DNA of 64,000 nucleotides from NCBI RefSeq assembly GCF_988243305.1, contig NZ_OZ547136.1; one strand, 5' to 3'. Shown piece by piece: positions 1 to 9,083 of this stretch (position 1 is its first letter; each line of letters starts with the position of its first letter). The notes under the pieces were generated by a model. It saw only the letters and a program-made list of their open reading frames with translations, ran no database searches and was not told where the DNA came from. The position numbers and the translations under genes were made by a program.

Positions 1-1
1 G

Positions 2-274
2 TTTGTAAAAGCATCACTGGAGCAGAATGCACTATCGGGCAACTCTCCGGCAACTCCGGATGGTTGGATAAGCTGTAGTGAGCGAATGCCGAATACCAAA
101 ACAGCCGTTCTTGTTGCCGTGGAGTTTGACAGGAAAGGTGACTGGCGAATGAAATGGGCTACTTACATCCCCGGGCATCCTGACGCTAATGATGGGTGGA
201 TAATTCCTGGTGCGTCGTGGAAACCGTCACACTGGATGCCGCTACCAGAACCGCCGCAGGAGGTGAATCAATGA
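2..274 (+). CDS. DUF551-like lambdoid phage protein, 5'-truncated by the window edge
   Basis: Reading frame is open from the first base of the window; C-terminal W/G-rich motif (DGWISCSERMP, GDW, DGWIIPGASW) typical of nin-region DUF551 proteins; partial. Confidence 0.5.
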   Translation, partial: FVKASLEQNALSGNSPATPDGWISCSERMPNTKTAVLVAVEFDRKGDWRMKWATYIPGHPDANDGWIIPGASWKPSHWMPLPEPPQEVNQ

Positions 275-354
275 GCTGGCCTGAAGCATTAACAACGGTA
301 GGAATTGCGATGGCGGTGGCGCTGGTGGTGTATTCGATTTGCCGCTGGGGATAA
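271..354 (+). CDS. Small membrane peptide (27 aa), translationally coupled to the upstream gene
   Basis: ATGA start/stop overlap at 271-274; strong Shine-Dalgarno AGGAGGTG immediately upstream; single hydrophobic helix (VGIAMAVALVVYSI). Confidence 0.4.
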   Translation: MSWPEALTTVGIAMAVALVVYSICRWG

Positions 355-565
355 AAACGGTTTGCGGGAAAAGGAGAGTTAAGTAGAATTGCAGCGGGTG
401 CTTGAGGCTATCTGTCTCAGGCATGAACACCAAAAGGCAGATAGAGAAAAGCCCCAGTTAACATTACGCGTCCGGCAAGACGCTTAACATTAATCTGAGG
501 CCATATCTATGCTCTACACACGTAGGTTAGCCTCTTACGTGCCGAAAGGCAAGGAGAAGCAGGCT

Positions 566-721
566 ATGAAGCAGCAAAAGGCGATGCTAATCGCCCTGAT
601 CGTCATCTGTTTAACCGTCATGGTGACGGCACTGGTAACGAGGAAAGACCTCTGCGAGGTACGAATCCGAACCGGCCAGACGGAGGTCGCTGTCTTCACA
701 GCTTACGAACCTGAGGAGTAA
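566..721 (+). CDS. hok: Hok/Gef family type I toxin (small membrane toxin)
   Basis: Translation MKQQKAMLIALIVICLTV..TALVTRKDLCEVRIRTGQTEVAVFTAYEPEE is near-identical to HokD/Gef as I recall them; a longer upstream in-frame ORF (509) would be the mok-like leader frame. Confidence 0.85.
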   Translation: MKQQKAMLIALIVICLTVMVTALVTRKDLCEVRIRTGQTEVAVFTAYEPEE

Positions 722-789
722 GAGACCCGGCGGGGGAGAAATCCCTCGCCACCGCTGATGTGTCAGGCATCCTCAACGCACCCGCACTT

Positions 790-817
790 AACCCGCTTCG
801 GCGGGTTTTGTTTTTTC
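790..817 (+). terminator. Rho-independent terminator downstream of hok
   Basis: ACCCGC-TTCG-GCGGGT hairpin followed by TTTTGTTTTTT. Confidence 0.6.
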
Positions 818-888
818 TGGTCGTTCTGGTTTACAATCCATCCGTCAGCCTGAACAACTGGCACCTGCTGCGCCAGCAGAGAAAACAG

Positions 889-1167
889 ATGGCGCACGAT
901 ACCAAATTTTACAATTCGGATAACTCTGCCGCCCCTGCCAGCAGGCACGGGCGGCGTTCTCATGCATTCAAATCTGACTGGTATCAGCACGACCCCTGCA
1001 CCGAAGAACAGGCTGAATGGCTCATTCAGTGTTACCGCGGGCGCGGATGCGAGGTTAAAAAAGCCCTTAGCCTCGACTACCGTCACTGGATAATCTCCGT
1101 CAGGCTCCCTTACTCAGAACGGCCAGCGCGTCCGTCCCGCACATTCCAGCAACGGATCTGGAGGTAA
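889..1167 (+). CDS. Hypothetical phage protein (start chosen at internal ATG downstream of the hok terminator)
   Basis: ORF 760-1167; the first 40 codons overlap the hok terminator, so the internal Met at 889 (MAHDTKF...) is preferred; Cys/His-containing, no recognised domain. Confidence 0.35.
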   Translation: MAHDTKFYNSDNSAAPASRHGRRSHAFKSDWYQHDPCTEEQAEWLIQCYRGRGCEVKKALSLDYRHWIISVRLPYSERPARPSRTFQQRIWR

Positions 1168-1168
1168 T

Positions 1169-2227
1169 GTGCGGGTATTACTTCGATCTGTTCTGGTACC
1201 GGAACTCGGTCTGGTTATCGTTAAGCCAGGCCGTGAATCAATGTCAGCATTCCATAACGGCAGAATACTGGTGGAGCCGGAACCAAAAAGCATGCGTAAT
1301 CTGCCGTCCGGGGTCGTTCCTGCCGCTCGCCAGCCGCTGGTGGAAGACAAAACATTGCTGCCGTTTTTCAGTAACGCACGGGTGATTCGTGCTGCTGGTG
1401 GTGCTGGTGCATTGTCTGACTGGCTGTTGCGCCATATTAAATCCTGCCAGTGGCCACACGGCGATTATCATCACAGCGAAACCGTCATTCACCGTTATGG
1501 TACCGGCGCAATGGTGTTGTGCTGGCACTGCGACAACCAGCTGCGTGACCAGACATCCGAATCACTCGGGCAACTTGCTCATCAAAACCTGTCAGCATGG
1601 ATGATTGACGTCATCGGTCACGCAATAAGCGGTACGCAGGAGCGTGAATTATCTCTGGCTGAATTATCCTGGTGGGCGGTCCGCAATCAGGTGGCGGACG
1701 CGCTACCGGAAGCGGTATTACGTCGTTCGCTGGGGTTGCGTGCGGAAAAAATTCGCTCTGTGTACAGTGAAAGCGACATCATACCGGGAGAGCAGACCGC
1801 CACCAGCATACTGAAGCAGCGCACAAAAAATATTGCGTTACTGCCTCACGTCCACCAGCAACAGAACCCACCACAGGAAAAGACGGTGGTCAGCATTGCC
1901 GTTGATCCGGAGTCACCGGCTCAGTATCTCCAGCGCCAGAAATCACAACGGGAAGAGATGCCTGTATACACGCGCTGGGTAAAAACGCAGAAATGCATGA
2001 CGTGTGGCAATCAGGCAGATGATCCGCATCACATCATTGGTCATGGACTGGGAGGGATGGGAACAAAGGCTGATGATTTGTTTGTTATTCCGTTATGCCG
2101 TAAATGCCGTAACGAACTACATGCCGGAGTAAAAGATTTTGAAGAGAAACACGGCAGTCAGCTGTTGTTGCTGATTCGTTTTTTAATGCACGCGAGAAAT
2201 TCGGGTGTTCTGAAGTGGAAAGCATAA
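1169..2227 (+). CDS. DUF968 (YdfU-like) nin-region protein with C-terminal HNH-like Cys/His motif
   Basis: 352-aa ORF; C-terminal CMTCGNQADDPHHIIGH...CRKCRNELH; sits between hok and rusA as ydfU does in Qin-type prophages. Confidence 0.6.
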   Translation: MRVLLRSVLVPELGLVIVKPGRESMSAFHNGRILVEPEPKSMRNLPSGVVPAARQPLVEDKTLLPFFSNARVIRAAGGAGALSDWLLRHIKSCQWPHGDYHHSETVIHRYGTGAMVLCWHCDNQLRDQTSESLGQLAHQNLSAWMIDVIGHAISGTQERELSLAELSWWAVRNQVADALPEAVLRRSLGLRAEKIRSVYSESDIIPGEQTATSILKQRTKNIALLPHVHQQQNPPQEKTVVSIAVDPESPAQYLQRQKSQREEMPVYTRWVKTQKCMTCGNQADDPHHIIGHGLGGMGTKADDLFVIPLCRKCRNELHAGVKDFEEKHGSQLLLLIRFLMHARNSGVLKWKA

Positions 2228-2608
2228 ATGAACGAGCGCATAGAATTTGTTTTACCTTACCCGCCGACGGTGAACACTTACTGGCGACGCCGTGGCAGCA
2301 CATATTTTATCTCGGAGGAGGGAAAGCGTTATCGCCGGGCTGTGGCGCTTATTGTTCGCCAGCAGCGGCTGAAATTAAGCCTGTCCGGAAGGCTGGCGAT
2401 AAAGGTGATTGCAGAGCCACCGGATAAGCGTCGTCGCGACCTGGACAATATCCTGAAAGCACCGCTGGATGCGCTGACGCATGCGGGAGTGTTAATGGAC
2501 GATGAGCAGTTTGATGAAATCAATATCGTTCGTGGTCAGCCAGTATCTGGTGGACGTATGGGGGTGAAGATTTACCCCATAATGCATGAAGAGCAGGTCA
2601 AAAAATGA
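2228..2608 (+). CDS. rusA: RusA-family Holliday junction resolvase
   Basis: About 120 aa with the PDKRRRDLDN motif and DDxQ acidic catalytic residues characteristic of RusA; overlaps the next gene by 4 nt. Confidence 0.8.
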   Translation: MNERIEFVLPYPPTVNTYWRRRGSTYFISEEGKRYRRAVALIVRQQRLKLSLSGRLAIKVIAEPPDKRRRDLDNILKAPLDALTHAGVLMDDEQFDEINIVRGQPVSGGRMGVKIYPIMHEEQVKK

Positions 2609-3426
2609 AACTGGAAGATTTACCGAAATACTACTCCCCAAAATCCCCTGGCCTGACCGATGCATCGGCCTCAACGTCAAAAGATGCGCTGAGTATCACT
2701 GATGTGATGGCCGCGCAGGGCATGACACAGAATCGGGCTGAGATGGGGTTTTCTGCGTTCCTGGGGAAAATGGGCATCAGTATGAATGACAGGGCGCGGG
2801 CAACAGAATTACTGGCAGATTATGCACTCAGTCGGTGCGATCGTGTGGCGGCGTTGAGAAAACTTCCGGCAGAAATAAAACCGGTAGTGATGCGCATTAT
2901 GGCTTCGTATGCGTTTGAAGATTATGCCCGTAGCGCGGCGAGCAAAAAACAGTGCCCCTGCTGTCACGGAAAAAAATTTATTGAAAGCGAGGTTTTTACA
3001 AACAAGATCCAGTATCCGGATGGTAAGCCACCAGTGTGGGCAAAGTGCACAAAAGGCGTGTATCCGTCTTACTGGGAAGAATGGAAAAAAGTCAGGGAGG
3101 TGGTAAAAGTTGCCTGTCCGGAGTGTGGCGGAAAGGGTGAGGTTTCCACCGCCTGTAAGGATTGCCGTGGGCGTGGTGTCGCCATTCATCGTGAAGAGTC
3201 GGTAAAACGTGGTATGCCTGTTATCAGAGATTGCCAGCGTTGTGGTGGTCGTGGCTGTGAAAGGCTGCCATCAACGGAGGCATTTAATGCCATATGCAAA
3301 GTGACGAGTGCTATCACGCTTGATACGTGGAAAAAATCAGTGAAACGCTTTTACGATACGTTGGTGGTTCGGTTTGACATTGAAGAGGCATGGGCGGAGC
3401 GGCAGTTAAAGAGGGTAACGCGATAG
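2605..3426 (+). CDS. Late-gene antitermination protein Q (zinc-binding)
   Basis: Immediately follows rusA and precedes a short leader and tR'; multiple CxxC pairs (CPCCHGKK, CPECGGKG, CKDCRGRG, CQRCGGRG). Confidence 0.65.
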   Translation: MKLEDLPKYYSPKSPGLTDASASTSKDALSITDVMAAQGMTQNRAEMGFSAFLGKMGISMNDRARATELLADYALSRCDRVAALRKLPAEIKPVVMRIMASYAFEDYARSAASKKQCPCCHGKKFIESEVFTNKIQYPDGKPPVWAKCTKGVYPSYWEEWKKVREVVKVACPECGGKGEVSTACKDCRGRGVAIHREESVKRGMPVIRDCQRCGGRGCERLPSTEAFNAICKVTSAITLDTWKKSVKRFYDTLVVRFDIEEAWAERQLKRVTR

Positions 3427-3530
3427 TGTTGTTGATTTTTCCCGAATCTGTGGTAAATTTGCTCTAACGATGGGCGTTTTATGCCTGACGTTAGAAGATT
3501 TTTTACACCCCGCCACCTGGCGGGTTTTTT
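3427..3530 (+). promoter_or_regulatory. Putative late promoter and qut region with tR' terminator (hairpin 3509-3524 plus T-run)
   Basis: Short leader after Q ending in a CCCGCCA/TGGCGGG hairpin followed by TTTTTT; position is canonical for lambdoid PR'/tR'. Confidence 0.5.
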
Positions 3531-3651
3531 ATGACTGAAATCGCGTCAGTACAGTAAACGCGCTGGTGGCGGTGAATACCTGTCTTTCAGCTTGCTGGCT
3601 TTTTCGACAAGAGTTATTGGTGTGTCACGTTAACCGGAAAAGGGAAAAAGA

Positions 3652-3850
3652 CATGCTAAAACAGCAGGATATGACAGAAACCGCCAGAGTGGTGTTTAAT
3701 GAATTAAGCGTTACCGAACCGGCGACAGTCGGGGAGATAGCGCAGAATACTTACCTTTCACGCGAACGCTGCCAGTTAATACTGACCCAGCTGGTTATGG
3801 CGGGTCTGGCAGACTATCAGTTCGGTTGTTACAGACGCCTTCCGCAGTGA
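3652..3850 (+). CDS. Small putative winged-helix DNA-binding protein
   Basis: 65-aa ORF from the internal ATG; helix-turn-helix-like segment VGEIAQNTYLSRERCQLILTQLVMAGL. Confidence 0.4.
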
Positions 3851-4000
3851 AGGCTTTTTTATTTGTGGTAAATGGGCGGCTGGTGGGTGTTAGGGGCACC
3901 CACCAGCCATCTGCTCATGCGTTGGGTTCACAAGCAAACCTCAGGCCCACTGCTTTGCGCAAAAGCAGAATGAGCCTATCAGAGACAGGCTTAATGATCC

Positions 4001-5050
4001 ATGCTTAACACTGTAAAAATATCCAGTTGTGAGTTAATCAACGTCGACTGCCTGGAATTTATCCGGTCGTTACCCGAAAATTCTGTTGACTTGATAGTCA
4101 CGGACCCGCCGTACTTTAAAGTGAAGCCTGAGGGCTGGGATAACCAGTGGAAGGGCGACGATGATTACCTGAAGTGGCTGGACCAGTGTCTGGCGCAGTT
4201 CTGGCGGGTGCTGAAACCTGTCGGAAGTCTTTACCTGTTCTGTGGTCATCGCCTGGCATCTGATATCGAAATCATGATGCGTGAACGCTTCAGTGTGCTG
4301 AACCATATTATCTGGGCGAAGCCGTCCGGACGCTGGAACGGATGCAACAAGGAAAGCCTGCGGGCGTATTTCCCCGCCACAGAGCGCATTCTGTTCGCGG
4401 AACATTATCAGGGGCCGTATCGTCCGAAAGATGCCGGGTATGCGGCGAAGGGCAGTGCACTGAAACAGCATGTGATGGCCCCGCTGATTTCTTACTTTCG
4501 TGATGCGCGCGTGGCCCTGGGGATAACGGCAAAACAGATTGCAGATGCCACAGGAAAGAAAAACATGGTGTCGCACTGGTTCAGTGCCAGTCAGTGGCAG
4601 CTACCGAACGAAAGCGATTATCTGAAATTACAGTCGCTGTTTGCCCGGGTGGCAGAAGAGAAACATCAGCGCGGTGAACTGGAAAAGCCCCACCACCAGC
4701 TGGTGGATACGTATACGTCACTGAACCGGCAGTATGTGGAGCTGCAGAGTGAATATAAGCATCTGCGGCGGTATTTTGGTGTGACGGCGCAGGTGCCGTA
4801 CACGGATGTGTGGACACATAAACCGGTGCAGTTCTATCCCGGGAAACATCCGTGCGAAAAACCGGCAGAAATGCTGCAGCAGATAATCAGCGCAAGCAGT
4901 CGTCCGGGTGACCTGGTTGCAGATTTTTTTATGGGCTCAGGTTCAACGGTAAAAGCTGCACTGGCGCTCGGGCGTCGTGCGATTGGCGTTGAACTGGAGA
5001 CCGGACGTTTTGAGCAGACAGTCAGGGAAGTTCAGGATTTAATCGTTTGA
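4001..5050 (+). CDS. Phage DNA N6-adenine/N4-cytosine methyltransferase (DPPY class)
   Basis: Motif IV LIVTDPPYF and SAM-binding motif I DFFMGSGST in circularly permuted order, typical of phage amino-methyltransferases. Confidence 0.85.
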   Translation: MLNTVKISSCELINVDCLEFIRSLPENSVDLIVTDPPYFKVKPEGWDNQWKGDDDYLKWLDQCLAQFWRVLKPVGSLYLFCGHRLASDIEIMMRERFSVLNHIIWAKPSGRWNGCNKESLRAYFPATERILFAEHYQGPYRPKDAGYAAKGSALKQHVMAPLISYFRDARVALGITAKQIADATGKKNMVSHWFSASQWQLPNESDYLKLQSLFARVAEEKHQRGELEKPHHQLVDTYTSLNRQYVELQSEYKHLRRYFGVTAQVPYTDVWTHKPVQFYPGKHPCEKPAEMLQQIISASSRPGDLVADFFMGSGSTVKAALALGRRAIGVELETGRFEQTVREVQDLIV

Positions 5051-5099
5051 AACGGATGAGATTGCAGAATTAATTACGCACCATTATTATTCTGCTTCC

Positions 5100-5172
5100 G
5101 GCCCTTTAGCTCAGTGGTGAGAGCGAGCGACTCATAATCGCCAGGTCGCTGGTTCAAATCCAGCAAGGGCCA
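5100..5172 (+). tRNA. tRNA with CAU anticodon (Met or lysidine-modified Ile2)
   Basis: Cloverleaf read manually: acceptor GGCCCTT/AAGGGCC, D-arm GCTC/GAGC, anticodon loop CTCATAA, T-arm with TTCAAAT loop; CCA not encoded. Confidence 0.8.
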
Positions 5173-5275
5173 TCATCACAAACCGCCATTAGCTTATCAG
5201 GAAGAGCAGACGACACGATAACAGGGTTGTTGGTGCGGGGGCGGGTCCCCGATGGCGGTCCATTATCGGTATTCA

Positions 5276-5352
5276 GCGTTGTTAGCTCAGCCGGACAGAG
5301 CAATTGCCTTCTAAGCAATCGGTCACTGGTTCGAATCCAGTACAGCGCGCCA
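5276..5352 (+). tRNA. tRNA-Arg (UCU anticodon, reads AGA)
   Basis: Acceptor GCGTTGT/ACAGCGC, anticodon stem ATTGC/GCAAT with loop CTTCTAA, T-loop TTCGAAT, encoded CCA end. Confidence 0.85.
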
Positions 5353-5459
5353 TATTCATTCTTCCAGATTCCTTTCGGCAGAGCCTTATACTGAAATATA
5401 CCTGGCTCAGGATATTGTTGAAAATATTATATGTTTGTCAAAAATAAAAGTTCTGTTAA

Positions 5460-5816
5460 GTGTTGATTGAGTGTTTGTTATACGGTCTAATGGTTTTTTC
5501 AGCATTAAATATTTATCATTCATATGGTGTGGGTAGAGTGAATATTGATGAGGCGTCGGGGTGTTTCATCCTTAGGCAGCGTATTGATATAGTCAATGCA
5601 GAACGAGCAAAGGCCTTCAGCCGTTTGACAGTTTTGTTCTGTACTCCTGATCGTCTTTCGGGAAGAGACGTTATTATTCTGAATAGTGATGCTATACAGA
5701 GGGTTTGCGATGAGTTCATGGTGGCTAATTCAGAATTATTTGCTCTTGTTCAGGAGTACAACAGAATAGCCAGGACCTGTGGTATGGATGAACTTCGGAT
5801 TACTCATCTGGGGTAG
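5460..5816 (+). CDS. Hypothetical cargo protein, no recognisable domain
   Basis: AT-rich ORF directly downstream of the phage tRNAs; start uncertain (GTG at 5460 or ATG at 5490). Confidence 0.35.
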   Translation: MLIECLLYGLMVFSALNIYHSYGVGRVNIDEASGCFILRQRIDIVNAERAKAFSRLTVLFCTPDRLSGRDVIILNSDAIQRVCDEFMVANSELFALVQEYNRIARTCGMDELRITHLG

Positions 5817-6207
5817 ATACATATCTGGATTATCACCGGTTACGGTAAAAAGTGATTGCTTACTGTTTTTGTGAATGGCATTGCAGCAGCCGGATAATGT
5901 CAGTGCTGGCTGACGGTGTGCTGGTGGCGGGTGTGGTGGTTGCTGCTTTCCCGTTGCTGAAAAAGAAAACGCCAGACTGTTAGCCGGGTATCAGTTAGCG
6001 GGAGAAATTTTTAAATACTTCACAATTCAGGCGGTTGACTGTTGTCTGGTTTGCGGGGAGTTTGTTAAAAGAAACTGGCATGGTGAATCCCCCTGTGCGG
6101 AGGGGCAATCAGCGAGTAGGTATATGGGATAATCGCGGATTCAGGTGCTGGTACTGAATTCACCGGGAGGCACCCGGCACCATGCAATGGCACATAGCGC
6201 CACTCTC

Positions 6208-6237
6208 CAGCCCCTCTCCGGAGGGGCTGTTTATATT
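6208..6237 (+). terminator. Rho-independent terminator-like hairpin in the cargo region
   Basis: CAGCCCCTC-TCCG-GAGGGGCTG stem followed by TTTATATT. Confidence 0.5.
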
Positions 6238-6263
6238 GATTTTGTCAGATGTGAGTAAACTCC

Positions 6264-6599
6264 TTATGGACTTTGTTGTTTTAGCCCATAAGGACATATT
6301 TGCAGAGTGCAACGGTTATTAAAGCATTCATTCAATACGTTATCTGTATTTGTAGGGCATTCCTGGCTGTTTTTGATTAAATTCCAGAATGTTTTATTGA
6401 ATGGTACTACGTTGTAAATGGTTACAGGCAGCACTTTGTTATTGAGCATGATGCCTGTGTGAGTCAGTGTAAATATACTTTCAGGAGGTAAGAAAGCATC
6501 CGATTGATACCAGATTATTAATTTTATTTTACTCCATATGACTGAAAAAGATATTCCGCATGATGGCTGGATAACTGTATCAATCACAATCCACTTCAT
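6264..6599 (-). CDS. Hypothetical cargo protein, no recognisable domain
   Basis: 111-aa AT-rich ORF divergent from the esterase gene; AT-rich promoter-like spacer 6600-6840. Confidence 0.35.
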   Translation of the reverse strand: MKWIVIDTVIQPSCGISFSVIWSKIKLIIWYQSDAFLPPESIFTLTHTGIMLNNKVLPVTIYNVVPFNKTFWNLIKNSQECPTNTDNVLNECFNNRCTLQICPYGLKQQSP

Positions 6600-6859
6600 T
6601 TAGTTTCCTTGTTTATGCCTTGCTGGTGATGTTCTGAAAAGTATAAATGATATTTTTGATTGTAAACCATAGAGCAGAATTATTTTTCTGATGTTGTTTA
6701 TTGTTTATTTAAATGCAGGGTGGTTTATATCTCGTCTTGTAGTTTATCCATGCATATCTGCTTGATGATGAGGTTTTTAATTAAGGTATGGTTTTGTGTT
6801 TTTTCTGTATTACATGTCAGGTATTTTAAAGAATCATTTTTCAGATGGTGGAAAGAACC

Positions 6860-8713
6860 ATGGCATTTAAACACTATGATGTTGTCAGGGCGGCGTCGCC
6901 GTCAGATCTTGCGGAAAAGCTGACACATAAACTGAAAGAGGGCTGGCAGCCGTTTGGTAGTCCGGTGGCCATAACCCCTTATACCCTGATGCAGGCGATT
7001 GCAGCAGAAGGTGATGTGGTCGTCAGTGGTGCAACTGAGCCGGAGTGGTACTACGTCATCGTACTGGCCGGGCAATCCAATGCCATGGCTTACGGTGAAG
7101 GGCTTCCGCTTCCGGATTCATACGATGCGCCCCATCCGCGCATTAAGCAACTGGCCCGTCGTAACACAGTGACTCCCGGTGGTGAAGTATGCGTATTTAA
7201 CGACATCATTCCTGCTGACCATTGTCTGCATGATGTTCAGGATATGAGTACGATTAACCATCCCCGGGCTGACCTGAGCAAAGGGCAGTACGGCTGTGTC
7301 GGACAGGGCTTACATATTGCCAAAAAACTGCTTCCGTATATCCCTAATAATGCGGGGATCCTGCTGGTACCATGCTGTCGTGGTGGTTCGGCATTCACCC
7401 AGGGCACGGAGGGGACATTCAGCGAGTCCACGGGGGCCAGTCAGGATTCGGCTCGCTGGGGAGTGGGTAAGCCGTTATATCAGGATCTGCTTTTCCGCAC
7501 GAAGGCAGCATTGCAGAAAAACCCGAAAAACGTTTTGCTGGCGATATGCTGGATGCAGGGGGAATTCGATATGACGAATGCCAGTTACGCCCAGCAGCCA
7601 GCAGCATTTCTTGCAATGGTACAGCAGTTCCGTGCTGATCTTGCCGGGCTGGCGGCGCAGTGTCACGGTGGAAGTCCGGCATCAGTCCCCTGGATTTGTG
7701 GCGACACGACATACGCGTGGAAACAAGAACACGGTACGCAATATGAAGTGGTATATGGTGCATATAAAGGTAAAGAATCCCAGCAGATTTATTTTGTTCC
7801 CTTTATGACCGATGGTAGCGGAGTTAATACACCGACAAACAACCCGTCAGAAGATCCTGATATTGCCGGGTCTGGTTATTACGGTTCGGCATCCCGAACG
7901 AACAAAAACTGGGTATCATCAAATCGCCCGACGCATTTCAGCTCATGGGCGCGTCGTGGCATTATTCCCGATCGTATGGCAACTGCTATTCTGAACGTAG
8001 CCGGTCGCACCTTAGCCTTCATTAGTGGTAAGGCACCGGAAATCAAACCCTCGCCCGGCGGCGACACGCCATCGGGGCCGTCTGAAGATGCATCCGTACG
8101 CACAATCTCCCTGTTGCCGACAGCCGGAGATGCTGCTGCGCAGGGCTGGAGCATTAAGAATGGCGGAATTCAGTTGTCAGATGGTGTATTTAAGATCACC
8201 AAGCAGAGCAATAAAGCCTGGTCCCTGACGCGCCCGGTGGATGACGCAGTCTCCCTGCTGACACGGGGTGGCAGACTGAGCTGTAAGTTTCGACTGTCAG
8301 GCGCACTGACCAACAACCAGTTCGGTCTGGGAATTTATCTGTATACCGATGTAGCGTTACCTGACGTCGTGGCGATGACCGGGACTGGTAACCCGTTCCT
8401 GATGTCGTTCTTCACCCAGACCACAGACGGCAAACTGAATCTGATGCATCACAAGAAAGCCGGAAACACAAAGTTGGGCGAGTTCGGGAATTACAGTAAC
8501 GACTGGCAGACGCTGGAGCTGGTGTTCACCGCCGGCAGTGCCACGGTTACTCCGAAACTGAATGGAGTGGCTGGCCCGGCATTCCAGGTCATAAAAGACA
8601 GTCTGACACTGGGGCTGAATGCGCTGACGCTGACGGATATTACCAAAAATGCAGCGTATGGCGTTGAGATAGAAAGTCTGGTGCTGGAGATAAATGCACC
8701 GGCATCATCATAA
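6860..8713 (+). CDS. Prophage NanS-p-like sialate O-acetylesterase (SASA/SGNH domain with C-terminal binding domain)
   Basis: GQSNAMAYGEG matches the GQSN esterase motif; about 618 aa with a glycine-rich linker and beta-rich C-terminus; sits between the Q-tRNA region and the lysis genes as NanS-p does in EHEC prophages. Confidence 0.75.
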   Translation: MAFKHYDVVRAASPSDLAEKLTHKLKEGWQPFGSPVAITPYTLMQAIAAEGDVVVSGATEPEWYYVIVLAGQSNAMAYGEGLPLPDSYDAPHPRIKQLARRNTVTPGGEVCVFNDIIPADHCLHDVQDMSTINHPRADLSKGQYGCVGQGLHIAKKLLPYIPNNAGILLVPCCRGGSAFTQGTEGTFSESTGASQDSARWGVGKPLYQDLLFRTKAALQKNPKNVLLAICWMQGEFDMTNASYAQQPAAFLAMVQQFRADLAGLAAQCHGGSPASVPWICGDTTYAWKQEHGTQYEVVYGAYKGKESQQIYFVPFMTDGSGVNTPTNNPSEDPDIAGSGYYGSASRTNKNWVSSNRPTHFSSWARRGIIPDRMATAILNVAGRTLAFISGKAPEIKPSPGGDTPSGPSEDASVRTISLLPTAGDAAAQGWSIKNGGIQLSDGVFKITKQSNKAWSLTRPVDDAVSLLTRGGRLSCKFRLSGALTNNQFGLGIYLYTDVALPDVVAMTGTGNPFLMSFFTQTTDGKLNLMHHKKAGNTKLGEFGNYSNDWQTLELVFTAGSATVTPKLNGVAGPAFQVIKDSLTLGLNALTLTDITKNAAYGVEIESLVLEINAPASS

Positions 8714-8863
8714 AAAGTGAGCCAGTCAAATGGAAGGTATCGTTAAACTCACCGGTAGTGTCAGTGGGTCGTCTGAGATGCCTGCATGAGTTATCAGAGC
8801 CATCAGTACTTAACTGGTGGCTTTTTTTATTGTTGTCAGCTTCCGGATAACGGGAGACGGGGT

Positions 8864-9079
8864 ATGTACCAGATGGAAAAAATCACAACAGGTGTGTCAT
8901 ACACCACGTCAGCGGTGGGAACGGGCTACTGGTTCCTGCAGTTGCTGGACAGGGTTTCCCCGTCTCAGTGGGCGGCAATAGGCGTGCTGGGGAGTCTGCT
9001 GTTTGGGCTGCTGACATATCTGACTAACCTGTATTTCAAAATCAGAGAGGACCGTCGTAAGGCGGCACGGGGAGAGTAA
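8864..9079 (+). CDS. Holin with dual-start motif
   Basis: 71 aa, N-terminus MYQMEK (two Met codons separated by two codons), two hydrophobic segments, charged C-terminus ([11 protein letters not shown]). Confidence 0.8.
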   Translation: MYQMEKITTGVSYTTSAVGTGYWFLQLLDRVSPSQWAAIGVLGSLLFGLLTYLTNLYFKIREDRRKAARGE

Positions 9080-9083
9080 TTCA

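Noticed and set aside
5353-6845. Shiga toxin genes expected downstream of the Q-tRNA region
   Set aside because: Neither ORF in this interval resembles the Stx A subunit (about 319 aa) or the B subunit (about 89 aa); the locus carries other cargo.
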